From positions 16,492,001-16,556,000 of the forward strand of contig CM119386.1 of NCBI GenBank assembly GCA_051294905.1: 64,000 bases of DNA, in the 5' to 3' direction. The stretch's first letter is position 1; each line of letters opens with the position of its first letter. Shown piece after piece: positions 40,442 through 53,468 of this stretch. The notes under the pieces were generated by a model that worked only from the letters and a program-made list of their open reading frames with translations, was not told the origin of the DNA and searched no databases. Origin of the DNA: Botryllus schlosseri. Its lineage: Eukaryota. The translations under genes and the position numbers were made by a program.

Positions 40442-42189
40442 CACTAGCGCTATATAGTGCAGTATATCATCGCATATGAGGCCTTGAATATGAATTTATA
40501 CTACGCCGAAGTCGTAGCCTGTTGCTCAGGCCCTGTGTAGCTAAAGAAGCAATGGAAATGAGAATTGACTAAACAAGTTCGAATGAGCTTGAGCGTCATT
40601 TATGCATATCGGATTCTATTCATCCTTTTATCAACTCAACACGCGGCAGTCCCGGTGGTATCCATCGCCCATGGATAATCACGTGTTAAATTGGGTATGA
40701 TCCCATCATTATATTGCATCATACACGCGCCGATGGCAACGGACCTCAGCGTACGAACCGCCTTCTGAAAACCCTACTTTTTGGAAGATCAAAAGACGCC
40801 ACTCATTGCCCGTACGCTTTTCGCCTATAATTCTCCGTGGGGGTTTCTAATAGGATTCCGAAGCAACGGTTGCGGGTAATGACGATAATGATTGCTATTT
40901 TGTGTTCCTTTCATATTGACTCTGTGTTCAGTATATAATTTCAAAAATATTCATATACCGAAAGGAAAAAAGGCGGGATAATACCTTGTTGAGGAGTTGG
41001 TGGTCTCGACAAAAATGCATTGTTGTTGCGCATATCAAGTGTGTAAATAGCAACTATATTTGTACACAAAATGATCCTAAAGTGTGTATTGACCAGATTA
41101 TTCTTTCAAGCCTCTTATCGATTAAGTAATGATTTTGAATGTTCGCACAGTCTGTATGTCACTACTGGTAATAGTGTAGACACCGTTCTCTATGGTTAAA
41201 AGTGAAGGTAAATTCTTCTCGCAATGGCGTGAGGTGTCATGTACTGAGGAAAATCCGTGATGGTTGTCATAACCTCTTGCTATAATAGTCCAGGCTGTTT
41301 ATACGATAGATACCACTCTCATACGCCTCTGTTCAGAGAGTTTTGTGGCTGGTAACGCCCTCGCTTCAACATATCAGCTTATCGACATCATTAAACGTCA
41401 TCGGTAACGCTCTGTTGAACTCGAAGATAACACAGAACATCGTAGCCCTTCACAAAGAGCGACTCGATTGCACCTGCTATTGATGTTAGGCATTTAATAG
41501 TCGTTTTGCATAACAAGTCAACCAATACTACCTCTCAGTTTGATATGTGATATCCTTAAGATCTCATTTACCAGATTTTGTGTTGTAATTGACGTGGTAA
41601 AATATGGGAGCCGTTAACACTTACTTCAAAGACGACTGTCATGATGCCAACATTTTCGTATGGATAGTTTGAGGACATCATAAATCGAGTTCAAACGAAA
41701 GATGACACATTTGCCTGACACAAATCTTTTGAGACTACAAGGCATTACCTTATATCCAGTCGACATGGACTAGAAACTATACAAAAGACTCGGCCTTAGT
41801 TACAGGATTTAGACGGATTTCAAGCGGTTTTCTCGTAAGACTTTAACTGCGGGCGGTTGAATATAAATAATATGTTCTGAAGCCAAATTGGCCCAAATAG
41901 GGTGTAGTATGCAGTCATATACAAATTGTTTCTTTTGCCAGCTTATACCGCCCAATTACAGGATGTAAGCTCGGCCTGTACTGCCTAGAGCTAGCGGCCA
42001 GCTGCTTTGATCAAGAGAACATTACAACGGTTAAACTGTTGAAGGTATAGTTTGAATTCTTGCGCGATTTGAAGCCATCATGTATTCGTATATGGCACTC
42101 ACGTCAAAATAGGATCATCTATACATGGTGCTCTTCGCCACTAATGGATGCGATTTAACGCGGCGGTACAAAAGACCAATTCCCACAGG

Positions 42190-42470
42190 ATGAATTTCAA
42201 CAGTAAACAGCATTTGAGGTTGATCGATATAATGTTGTATGTCGGTCAGATTATATTTCATTTTTCAGCACCAACGTCGTCGGGTTGTTGTTTGTGGTAT
42301 TCATGATGTTCATCGAGAGCAATGGTCATTTACACCAAGCCGATATTCTTTATTATGATTCCGTAGCTGCCGGCTTGTAGCACGGCCCACTTCTAGGCTT
42401 TTTATGACACCACTTACGCGGATCAGATGGCGTGGAAGAGGACAGATAAACCTACAACTCTCGGGAATGG
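42190..42470 (+). mobile_element. Second Chapaev-like transposase fragment (intronic)
   Basis: About 190 bp (42270-42460) align clearly by eye to the reverse complement of 59490-59670, e.g. gtcatttacacca.gccgatattctt and tagcacggcccac.tctaggctttt. Confidence 0.6.
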
Positions 42471-45400
42471 ATTCTGGAGTCGACCTCGATCAGACTCGAA
42501 CGCTCAACCTATTGCTGCCGGGCCGGCGTCTTAGAAAAGTCTAGAAGCGGACCGTGCTACAAGTCAGTAGATACGGAAATAGAATACCGAATATCGGCTT
42601 GGTGACCAATGTATACTACATTGTATAGTCGAAACACCATAAATACCCTCTGGAAACAAACAACATCAAGTAGAACAACGATCAGTGATCACAGGTCGTT
42701 GATGCACACTGCACAGTGCGCACATTGTGCTATAATATACCATTGCATCCACACACCGGGTGTTAATTATAACTTGCGCTGGCTGAATTTCCATTATCCG
42801 GAGTGATCAACCGTTCATTATTATTGACGCGAGTCACGTATAGACACAACTCTACATTCTCCTGTCGAATCTGGGACGGATACGCCGCTACAGCGATCGC
42901 CATTTTACTGGGAGTGTAAGTTATAGTCAAAATGTGGGGTGCGTGGGTTCCAAGTTTATAACTTGCATCGCCGCATTAGCACTTGTTGATAGACACTGTA
43001 GTGGGTTTCTAGTGGCACCATGGCTGGGCGTTGGTTGATGCAGTTGCATTGTTAAAATCCTACTATGACAGGAAACCGGATTATGTTTCTGATGCCGAAT
43101 AAAACATGCGAATGGTCTTATACTGTAAACGAAAATCGAGTATTTTGCCGATTTTCACCCTAGAGTAGGGTAAATCGCGCTAACTACATTTTCAGGTACA
43201 CAATTGTGCTTTCAGACCCGTCCAACTGGTGAAAATTAGTAAAATACGTCAACTGTTATGGAGATATATCCCAGGGCTGTAGTAAGGGTTGTGTTTCCGT
43301 TTACCGTCCCAAGAAATCCCAGAAATGCCGTACACGTATAGCCAGAACCCACTACACTCTGTGATATATCGCCAAAAGGCTTGGTCCATTTGACTTATTT
43401 CAACTCATAGGAAGGGTGTTCACTGTTCAAGCACCACGCTATGGTGGAAATATGATATATACACCTATTATTTTCACCCATAGATTCACTGTGAACCATT
43501 TAAATTCTGTAGTGACAAGTTGTGCAACGGAATGCTATATTGTTGTATGGAGTTGTACGGATCTGCATACATGCGAAAAAATAAAATGCGGCCGAAGTGT
43601 GAGAATCTGAACATCAATACACTTTTGCCAACACCTCCATGAGAAGCGAAACAGGAAATAGGTGTATATAACCTATTCTTTCGCTCCGCTCGAAGTCTAT
43701 CCAGTGAGAAAGTTCAGAATTTTGAAATTTAAGTGAATCCACTGCTTGCATTGTGCGCCATGTATTCTGGTTTTGTCAATCTTACTGCATGCTATCGGTA
43801 TGCGGATCTGCCGAACAGGCTTTGTAGTATCAGTTTCAAAGTGCTCGTTTCCGATCAGCAGGCAGCCGTGTGATGCGTAATCTGCATTTCGCGATGTGCA
43901 GGACATAAAAATAGATGTCATTGATTTTTGGGATATGTCATTCGATTCGTGAGAGTGTGGGTACGGTGCCCCAAATCATATGGGAATTTTCAGACATACA
44001 CCACACATTCAGAGAATATAGCCCTGTTGTGCGTGTATGCATGATATCTACTTCTGGCGTATGCCATTCTGTTGCATTTGCTGCTTTCTATTCTTTTCCG
44101 TCAGTTGAATATCATGGCGTGTCTGTTCAGATCTATAATAAATTCGCCGTGAAAAGATCCTAAAATTATGCCTTCATCTGGAATGTACGGTCGTGAACAA
44201 TTAGCGATTCGTGGAAACAAATTTTTGCCCGAAATAAAAGTTAACGACTACCCACAGCGTGGATTTGATGTATGCGGTCAAATTTCAGTTCGCATTCTCT
44301 ATATTTATCTTTCGATTTCCAATGGATTAGAAATGTCCGCCCAACACATACACGTGGTGGGCGTTACTAGAAAGCAAAATGGGTGTCGACGCGCAGCCTG
44401 TTCCAGGAGATAATGTGTCCTTTCGCTTACCTTCTTATGATACCGTGGCTGACGTTCAATTAGCACAGCGCTGCAAATAAAGTTAGCAAACACTTAAATC
44501 CCGGAATGTCTGCCGGGATTTGCTCACTAACTCGTAAATGGCGAAGCATTTAATGGGAAAACCGTAAAATTTTACAATGTTGAAATTTTTATTGCCGTCC
44601 TTCCTCGCACAGAACACACACTGCGTTTGATAGACGGCCACTGCATTACTGCTGGTTTTATCGGAGTAAACTGCCACTTCTGAAACACGTTCAATGCGTT
44701 TGTCAATGGTGTTAAAACATTTTACGACTGACCATCATCGTACATTTTTACTATAGCTCTGTGCTCGATTTGCAATTTGCATATCATTGGAATATAGGAT
44801 GCGCAAGATAACAGGTTTTCTCGCCTTCTCTGACGACATATCTGTCACTTTGGAATTCAGAGGTTTCGAATTCGGTGTCCTGTATATATGATGAGTGGTC
44901 TTTGCGGATCATTAATCGGTTTCCGACATTGCAGATGGAAGTTGATGCGTACTGAATACTTGGTCTAGCATTCCTGTATCATTGCAATCCGCGAATTGAC
45001 ATATAGGTCACATAATTTGTCAAGTATGTATCTTATGTTCTCATTACGGAATTATCTGGTTCTTTTGTGGTAGCTTACATATCGGCATCCGTTTCAACCG
45101 CACCTAAGAAGGAAGTATTTTGCACGGTTTCGAATAAATTGCTAGCAAAAGTGACGCTTCGCATAACGCGACCTGTGCTCTATCCAATCATCCCGTAACG
45201 TTGCATTGAGGGTGGTATGACATTCATTATAGTGGAGAGTTGGCACTGAATAGGTGGACAAGAAATGACTCGCGATTGATGCATATAGGATTTCCGAAAT
45301 GGCCGTAACTGCATCAACGCTTTGTTTTACGTAGCCACAGACGACTATTACAGAAAACCATCAGGTAAAATGTACTCCATTCACGTACCGTAAATATTAC

Positions 45401-46064
45401 CACCTGGGTTAGATTCTATGATAATGTCAATGCAGTGTCTTGTTGGTTGATGGCGAATAGTAACACATGTACCTCACTGCTATCGCCAGACTGTTTGAAC
45501 GCGTCCGAAAGAAAGTATAGTGGCACGACACTCTATTCGAATAGCGGGGATGCCTGATTGTATAATGGACATAAAATTATGCCTAACATAAATATATGCG
45601 CAAACGGGTTACGGCTGCACTTTACAATGTTTTCCTTTCCATTTTAACTGCAGGGTAAACGAAGGACATGTATTTTACTGCTGCGCACTCACGCAGTTAT
45701 TGTATTTACTTTCTTGTGCAAACTTTGCTGTAGCGATTCCGACGGAACATAATAGAATGAGCAAAGGAACGAGTAGATTTGATGAAGTGCGAAAAAACTG
45801 GGTTTCAATTTTACCTACCCACAATATACAGTGACGAAAAAATGAAAAAGTAAAAATCAAGAAATAACTACAAAATAAACTATATTACTCAATACTGCGA
45901 TAGTGAATTCACCAACTTTTGCTGGTTTCTGGTTGAACTGGATTGCGGTATGGTGGATATAGGTCATATAGATTATAAAGTGTCGGCACAATCTACGCAG
46001 CCTGACGATATATAGGTCTAAGTTGCTGCGGCCATGGTAAAACTGTGGCGTAAATATATTATTG

Positions 46065-46160
46065 ATATACAATGTTCCTTCCAATTATCTACTAGCTGAC
46101 GATTAACCCTGAGTAATATCAGCCGAAAATATTAGGATTTATTAGATATGAATATACTTT
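46065..46160 (+). repeat. About 100-bp dispersed repeat; second copy at about 58043-58145
   Basis: tatacaa.gttc.ttccaatt.tctact…gctgacgatta.ccctga…atatgaatatact is present in both. Confidence 0.65.
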
Positions 46161-47304
46161 TCCATTAAAGGTATACTGTTGTAATTCTTTGGTATATTTT
46201 TGTTGGGCTCGTAATTGTCAATTGAAACGAATTCAAATTCCAGTAACAATTTATTCTTGATGTAATTAATCTACCTGTTCTTCCAGGATACGCCGGCATC
46301 CTTATCAATATATTTCTCGTAAAAAGCCGTTGTTTGCATACGATTAACTAACAATAAGAAAATATCGCGCGGAAACGTGACGGGTTGAAAATTCCCGTGG
46401 TTTACCATCTGTTACAGTATAACGTTAAAGTTTGTGACGTCACGGATGCCAGGTGTTCAACTGTTCGTGTATCGTGTCTATGAAAACATGAGGATAAAAA
46501 CAGTCGCAAGTTTAAACAGTGCCATCTTGGCTGAAGTATCAGAATGTAGACACTATCGTGCATAAGATGCTACGAATCGATATGTCTACTTAACATCACC
46601 GGACGGCGTATTCGTTGGCTGTACTGTTGAACTAACGAAGGTGCTAAGAAGGCTTGGTATAAGTTGAAACGGGCCGACATTGATCATTCGTTCTCGGACA
46701 TATTTATCCCGGTGACTATTCCAGCCGTTTGGCCCCGTTTCAACCGGTGCGTTAATTCGCTTTAGTTCGGATTTCGAAACCGTGTCAGCCCATCAATTTA
46801 AACTATGAAATTCAATATAAATTCGACTGCTGAGATTTAGGTCTTCGCGGTATGTTCTGTCTTCTCTATTGATATATTCTATCGCGTTTTCAAGTTATCG
46901 ATTGTGTTGTTGAGGTTGCGTTTAAAACGAATCGCGTTTTAAAATACACCTGTTTCAGACATGCTTCAAGCAATGTTTTAAACAAAGGCCTTCAAATACA
47001 TTGAATGCTTTTTAAATATATTGCGTAATTATATCGTAATGCCCTATTATTTTCGAAAGCCATGTATCATGATCGTGACGCTTACTCGTACTATAGGCCT
47101 AGATATGATAGTGGTAAACGTTATGAAACACGTACCCAGTAGAATACGTTTTAAACAAGACCCCTGTCTTAAACATTTGTGGTTTTAATGTATTTCATTT
47201 TACCCAACACCTAATCAGGCTATTGCATTCCGGGTGATATTTTCCGCTTTTCCCAGTGGTATATACGAGGTTTCACTTATTAATGAGTTGTGTTTTACCC
47301 GCAG

Positions 47305-47428
47305 AATTCAGTTTTGCTGTTACCGATGTCAGCAGACGATATCGGGTGATGAATACGTCATGCGTGTCGGGAAGGACTCGTATCACGTCAACTGCTTTCT
47401 CTGCGACTACTGTAATCAACCTTTGCAG
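47305..47428 (+). CDS. Lmx1: Lmx1 exon: first part of LIM2 (IQFCCYRCQQTISGDEYVMRVGKDSYHVNCFLCDYCNQPLQ)
   Basis: ttttacccgCAG| acceptor and CAG|GTAAGG donor. The EYVMR…YH..CF.C..C pattern is typical of Lmx LIM2. It follows a 14,436-bp intron. Confidence 0.94.
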
Positions 47429-47573
47429 GTAAGGCAATATCGGCCCTTCACCGGCCACATGTACGTATACCCATCCATACCTTATTGCATTGAAACCCAG
47501 TAACGTGAATAAACCTAACAGTCACTACTTTCCTCACGTTCACATCTTACCTAACACTTTCTTAGCGCTTCAT

Positions 47574-47890
47574 CTGTGGTTCTCAACCTGGCGAACCAAT
47601 ACGGTAATCTGCAAGCCTTAGGCGAACCACAATTTTTCGCCTAGTCACAGACACAAAGATCTACCACATTATACGGCAATTACATTACCATAGAACACTG
47701 GTACGTGAAATGAACTGAGCATCAACAACAGTGTTAGGAACAATACCATAAAAGATCAATGTCACACAAATAAAAAAATATATATATAATATTTACAGCA
47801 AATCAGCCTGACTCCTACTGTATGAGTCGGTTGTGTGTGTTGGCTTCTAGCAAGCCCCCGGGGTCCATATGAACCCTGTTAAAACCACTG
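47574..47890. mobile_element. Charlie-type MITE (317 bp) filling over half of the intron that splits LIM2
   Basis: TIR CTGTGGTTCTCAAC / GTTAAAACCACTG; TSD cgcttcat / cgctgcag (6/8). Confidence 0.75.
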
Positions 47891-47998
47891 CGCTGCAGGG
47901 TAAATTCGTAATACTGCGAAATAACGATGTAATGTATCGGTAAACCACGTGTTTTAGTGACGATATCAGAGAATCAGTCAAAATATTTCTTCCTGCAG

Positions 47999-48119
47999 AG
48001 AGGCGACGAATTTCATTCGCTACACGACTCCGCCAAGAGAAAAATCTGCTGTAAGACGTGCTACGACATTGACGACGTCAGCAATCTGAAAATGACAGCT
48101 TCCGATTCAGACGAATCGA
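47999..48119 (+). CDS. Lmx1: Lmx1 exon: end of LIM2 and acidic linker (RGDEFHSLHDSAKRKICCKTCYDIDDVSNLKMTASDSDES)
   Basis: tttcttcctgCAG| acceptor and A|GTAAGT donor. RGDEF matches the Lmx KGDEF motif. Confidence 0.92.
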
Positions 48120-48319
48120 GTAAGTAGGCCTTCACATTTGGCGAAGTGCTGGTAGGTATAGAGAATGAAAACACCACCCTCATCATTTCGGCAGTGAGCG
48201 GAAATGACGTGTTCTCACCGGGAATACCTTCTTTTATCGGGTCGCCGACGCATTCCTACGGAAGACAAATGTCAGGTACAGTGGATGGTCTACTTGTGTT
48301 GCTCAGAAATAATGACAGG

Positions 48320-48520
48320 TGGTTAAAGTAGTCAGCATTGCTACCCAAGTATTAGTAGAAGCAACTCCAATTTATACTCAAATATATAAGTAGAAGTAGC
48401 GATTTCTAAGACATGTCAAAACTACTGCAACTGGAAGTTTAAAATGCAAGGTCCGAAAAGTATCCTCAAGTAAGTAGTTAAAAAGTCGATTTGGTCGAAG
48501 GTTCACGAGCTTCTAGCTGT
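48320..48520 (+). repeat. Dispersed repeat (aaagtagtcagc…tagaagtagc); direct copy at 50283-50430 and a related reverse fragment at about 60005-60072
   Basis: Shared blocks aaagtagtcagc.ttg.tac.ca, aattta.actcaa and tagaagtagc. Confidence 0.55.
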
Positions 48521-48953
48521 TGAAATAGGAAGATGTATCATCGCTACTAAAACAAAACGAACACAGAAACTGCAAGTACAAGCAAACTCCAGATTTATAT
48601 ATGTTTTTACCGCGATACAGGAGCTGCTGTTTCACTCACAAAGGTTATGCAAACTTGTCCGAGATCGCATTTCTGCGTTTAAAAGTATGAAGGGGAAAAA
48701 GTAAGCGGTCCAAATAGAAGCGGTATAGTATAGTCAGAAACACCACCTTCAGGCCATTTTTATGAACGCAGCTGTACATTGTACAATCATTGCTATGCTT
48801 GGACATGAAATAAACTATGGCGCTGCACTCGAATAACAGTCGCAGATTATAGTTTTCTGACCATGATGAGACACCACGAAAATTGCCGATTATTTACTTC
48901 CGTCATATCGACGCGATACTATCTTCAAACCGACAAATCCGCCGGGCTCTACT

Positions 48954-49455
48954 TAGGGCCGGGCAAAATCGAGTACCCGGGTGATTCGATTCTGAATCAC
49001 GTATTCTGCTTCGAGTCGAGTAATCGAGTATCACTTATTATGACGTCATAACCGAATATAGTATTTCAAAGTACAAATATGTACCTTTTATGCCACCACA
49101 CCGTTATCCATCATATTAAAGATAGCTAGGTATTTTTTGGACCACACTAATGATTTCATTTCACTGGGTGGCAATGTTATGGAATGATCATGACTTCAGA
49201 AATGCGTTATTCCCAGCAACGTTTGTAGCTTTGTACTAAATGTATTGGATGCCACGGTACGACCAGTCAAGGCTTCAAGGCTTCGTCTGTGAAAATGAGT
49301 ATCGAAACTATAATTCTTGTTGATAAATTAACTTTCAGCGGCGAGGAGCGTATAATTTCAGTACTCGAAAAAATCGTATTTTACTACTCGACTCGAATCA
49401 TTAAAATTAATACTCGATTCAGATTCCAGTACTCGAATCATTATGCCCAGCCCTA
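48954..49455. mobile_element. TAGGGCTGGGCA MITE (502 bp) with ACTCGA subterminal repeats
   Basis: TIR TAGGGCCGGGCA / TGCCCAGCCCTA; colinear with 53469-53984. TSD not recognisable. Confidence 0.8.
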
Positions 49456-49588
49456 TTCAGGATACCACACATACTTCAAACTATAAAGACAGTAGACATG
49501 CGTTCAACGCGTCATAGTTTGACTCTCAACTTTTCACTGCTACGTTGACATATTTACGCGGCATACGCTGACGTCGGTTCGTTGACAG

Positions 49589-49788
49589 ACTACTATCCTA
49601 CTCCCGGCGCGCCGCATTTGCAAGGAGTCGGAATGCAGTGCGCCAAAAACGGCAAGAGCCCCACCACGCCTGGCATCATGTCGACGGGCGACTCCAAGCG
49701 AACGAAGAGACCTAGGACAATTCTGACGACAGCGCAAAGACGAAAATTTAAGGCTTCGTTCGAGATATCACAAAAACCTTGCCGGAAG
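49589..49788 (+). CDS. Lmx1: Lmx1 exon: linker and homeodomain N-terminal half (…[31 protein letters not shown])
   Basis: gttgaCAG| acceptor (phase 1) with a gctgac branch-like motif upstream, and AAG|GTGAGA donor. The homeodomain sequence is Lmx-diagnostic. Confidence 0.93.
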
Positions 49789-49826
49789 GTGAGAAAACTT
49801 TATTACCCGCCATTGGCATACTCGGG

Positions 49827-50220
49827 CAGAGTTGGACAACTCGAACATTTTTAGCTTTTCCAAATTAGGTTAGAATTATAGCTTTACAGTTTTATCCAAA
49901 TTAAATACAATATTATTGAATTCGCCAAAACTTAAACTCAGAAATTGATGAAATTCCTAATTAGAGCTAAATACGACATGAATCTAATTCAGTTCATATC
50001 AAATCAAATTTTATACGCAAAAGCATGAGTACGACAAATGCCTGTACACCAAACTTGGCTCGTTGCGCACTATACAGTTATCATGTAGCGTTTTCAGGAA
50101 AACGAGAAATTAGATTAGAATTAAAATTATAGCATAGAAACATTTCACAAATTATATTACCGGCATTTCGCTATAATCAGTCCGATTGAACAATCGGAAT
50201 GATCTAGTTGTCCAAGTCTG
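49827..50220. mobile_element. AATTAG-rich hAT-type MITE (394 bp), 38 bp downstream of the homeodomain exon donor
   Basis: TIR CAGAGTTGGACAACT / AGTTGTCCAAGTCTG; TSD tactcggg / cactcgga (6/8). Confidence 0.8.
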
Positions 50221-51127
50221 CACTCGGACATTAAGGCGTACACGTGATGCAGTCAGTTTGGACACTGCATAAAGTACAGATCTGGTCAAAGTAGTCAGCG
50301 TTGTTACTCAGCTACAACTAAAAGCAATGGTGTAAATTTACACTCAATTACAAATAGAAGTAGCAATTACCAAGACGGAGAAAAAATTCTGAAAATACAA
50401 GTAGTACCGAAAAGTAGGTTTGATCGAGGAATTGCATACTTTTAGCGGGTAACCGAAGGTGCCTATACTTTCGAAATTTCGAGATGGATATCCGCGACTA
50501 ACGCAAAATGACTAATGGCACTACGTATGGGTAGAATTTCGAAAATATCTTTACCTAGCTAGCGTGATACAGAGGCTATTTCATGCGGTCCTAATTTGCT
50601 TCCGGTACGTTCGACCTGAGGTGTTGCGGGCTATGAATAGTGAAAAAAAACACCAAATCCAGTAAAATATGAATGTGCGGACTTTCTGCATGGACAATTT
50701 TGCAAAATTATTTCAACAATGTGTAGTGCCGCGATATCGAATTTTATGAATAATCTCGTCCGCACCGTTACCAATTCCTCTTGAGATGTTGGCCCTAGCA
50801 ACTACTAGAAAGCATATGTGTGGTCTGCGATTTCACCTCGTTATTTAATTCTATCCCGCGTATGAAAAGGGTCGCACACAACATGACTTAGGAAATGGGC
50901 ATTGAGCCCAGGTTATGAAATGACCACCATCAGCACTACCGTAGCTTCGTCACGATTATACAGCGTCACCTCGCGGATCAAATCGCAACCTATGTATTAA
51001 TGCTAGCCATCGAGAATCATGGCGATTCATATATTCAATAGCGTCTTCACACTCTTCACATTTCCAATTAGTTCACGTCTGATCATCCGGATATCCTTGT
51101 AATATATGCTGCTTTCTGTGTCGTTAA

Positions 51128-52470
51128 TAGGGTTGAGATTTAAGACTGCACTCGTCGCAAAATTAATGCCGCAATCATAAGGTTGTAACTTGTAATGACT
51201 CGAGTCGCAATCTTTCGTTGACTCGGGTCATTTTCTTGAAAATGGAAATGACTGGACTCGACTCGAGTTAACTTGCGTATTGACCCGACTTGTACTCGAG
51301 TCATTGCGTATGACTCGACCAAGCCATATGACCCAAGACATTATAGAATCTAGATGTCTTGTGCATCATGAGCTATAATTCGAAAATATGCCCGGAAGCT
51401 GCTTTTTATGTGTTTGAATAATTATAAAATTGCGTAAAGAAAGAGAAAAGTAAGTATATTATGTCGAGAGCTTTCGCCATCACCGAAGAGTTTAGAGGAG
51501 TGAGTTTGAACCTGACTTGAACTGAATTAAGAATAGTGAACACTGTGACTTGGACTCGGACTCCAGTCTCAACACTATGACAGCACTTCGTCAGCCGCCC
51601 CCCCCAAAAAAAACGTTGGTCTTGGTCCAACATTTGGTGATAAACCAAACTTCTGGCCCCCGACCCCATCAGGATTTACCGCTACTTGTGGGCGAGAGTT
51701 TGTACTGAGTCACTCTAAATCGCCTAATCGCGCAAAGCGCGAAAATTTTCTATAATTCATTATTGAATTGGTCTATATTCTCGGGAATTGCATGTATATT
51801 AATTTAAACTTTTTAATCCTCTTTCCGCCAACGTAATCAGGTTTACCGGTACAGTTGAGTGAGCCAGTGAAGTGCTGTCTTGAAAATGTAGGGCCCGCAA
51901 ATAATAATCATACATATTCGGGTGGGCCCGTTGGTATGACTTCGTTACGTGGTGTTATTTCGTGACCTCCTGTCTGCTATGTCAAATGTTATTAAAATCG
52001 TCCAAACGCACTACACTAAAAGACGCACACGATTTCAAATTGGAATTTCTTCACTGGCAAATGATTTTTCTCTGCTGGATGGCATTTGACTTGTGGGGTT
52101 CAGATTGTCAGGACAGGAACATTTGGCGCCAGCCATTTATGGGCGCCTATGGACATTGGACAATTAAACATTTGACAACATGAATTCCCGCGTGGCGCGA
52201 AATTTTTTGTGTAAAGTTGCATAAATTTTCAAAAAGATATTGAATAATCTACGTTCATTCATAAAATATTTGGGCCCCCTTCGAGCTCACACCCTCCCCA
52301 ATTGGGGTGTTTAGCGTATGGCAGTTACGGTCCTGACTATAACCTAGACTCGAACCGGTGCTCCCTTAATTGGACTAGGATTTGACTCGGTGGAGAAGTG
52401 AAACGGACTCGACTTGACTCGACTCGAGTCAAAACTACAAACGTAAAATTGACTTGTGACTCGGAACCTT
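51128..52470. repeat. Cluster of GACTCGAGTC-rich MITE pieces (51128-51328, about 51545-51580, 52345-52470) interleaved with the GC-rich repeat (51585-52336)
   Basis: Repeated gactcg/cgagtc palindromic motifs. Boundaries and TSDs not resolved. Confidence 0.5.
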
Positions 52471-52608
52471 GTAAATTCTTTTGATCCGGAAATTTGACGA
52501 TTTAGACATAGCGATTCAGTTTCTGGTGAATTCCAGATACTCAGAGATTTCCTACTACACCTGAGATCATACAACGATCGCCATCACTAAACCTCGATCC
52601 TATTACAG

Positions 52609-52686
52609 GTTCGCGAGACACTCGCGAATGAAACTGGTTTAACCCCCAGAGTCGTTCAAGTCTGGTTTCAGAATCAAAGGGCTAAG
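52609..52686 (+). CDS. Lmx1: Lmx1 exon: homeodomain helices 2-3 ([26 protein letters not shown])
   Basis: 78-bp phase-0/0 exon with tattaCAG| and AAG|GTTTGC, containing WFQNQRAK. Not in the ORF track. Confidence 0.96.
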
Positions 52687-52744
52687 GTTTGCCGAGATAA
52701 TTATGTTACGTAGCGGGTAAAAACCTAACGCGGCACCCATTCAG

Positions 52745-52829
52745 ATGAAAAAGATTGCTCGACGACAAACGCAGGGAGAAGGCGGCACTAGGCGAAAGAA
52801 GAAAAAGGATATTGAATCCGATTCGGAAA
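52745..52829 (+). CDS. Lmx1: Lmx1 exon: homeodomain end and basic/acidic patch (MKKIARRQTQGEGGTRRKKKKDIESDSE)
   Basis: Follows a 58-bp intron (52687-52744); ccattCAG| acceptor and A|GTATGA donor. Confidence 0.92.
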
Positions 52830-53157
52830 GTATGAAGACATCTTCAATATTTACAGCAGTCCCTTTCAATACACAGGAGTACAATCTGGGCAGACCTGCA
52901 GTCACAGTCATTACGTTACAGTTTTCCTAAATACAAACATAATGTAATATGCCCTTGTTTTTAGAGCTTGTATGTATATTGTATACTACATTTAGGATTC
53001 ATAGTATGTGTATCGCGTTGTAATAATTTGGACAATTAAAATATTTGACTAGCTTCAGTTTGATAGAATTATGTACATAATTGGGATGCAATAGTACCGC
53101 CAATCCGTTTTAAATGCATCGCTTATGACATATACCGATCGTTCCACCTTGTTTTAG

Positions 53158-53310
53158 ATGAACTCCCTTCCAGCCCTGGTTCATATACCTCAGCTCCTAC
53201 GCCTCATCAATCTCAGTATTATGGAGAATATCAATCGCCACGAAGCGTCCAGTCAACTCCAACGCAAGATGATAATGGACAGAGAGTTTTTTCACCCACG
53301 TATCACCATG
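53158..53310 (+). CDS. Lmx1: Lmx1 exon: Pro/Ser/Gln/Tyr-rich region (NELPSSPGSYTSAPTPHQSQYYGEYQSPRSVQSTPTQDDNGQRVFSPTYHHG)
   Basis: ccttgtttTAG| acceptor and G|GTAGGT donor; 153 bp, phase 1/1, open in the spliced frame (a different frame from the ORF-track entry). Confidence 0.85.
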
Positions 53311-53468
53311 GTAGGTCGGCATTTACTTTACGTTACGTTGCGCTAAAACATAACACCTGAAGAGATGATTTAACGTTATCAAACCCAATTCTGTTAAATA
53401 TATAGACCTGTCTATGTTATGTATCAGTAGCCTGGTGAATAGGTGGAGTTGAGTATATTGTTTATGAT

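Noticed and set aside
44690-44850. Reverse-transcriptase-like fragments (NAF, VFSPSL, FSDD)
   Set aside because: They are in different frames, the spacing is too short for RT motifs A-C, and the matches are too weak to call.
49589-49624. In-frame alternative acceptor AAG| at 49624 that would remove 12 aa
   Set aside because: AAG is a weak acceptor and lies downstream of a CAG with a branch-like motif; nothing in the sequence supports its use.
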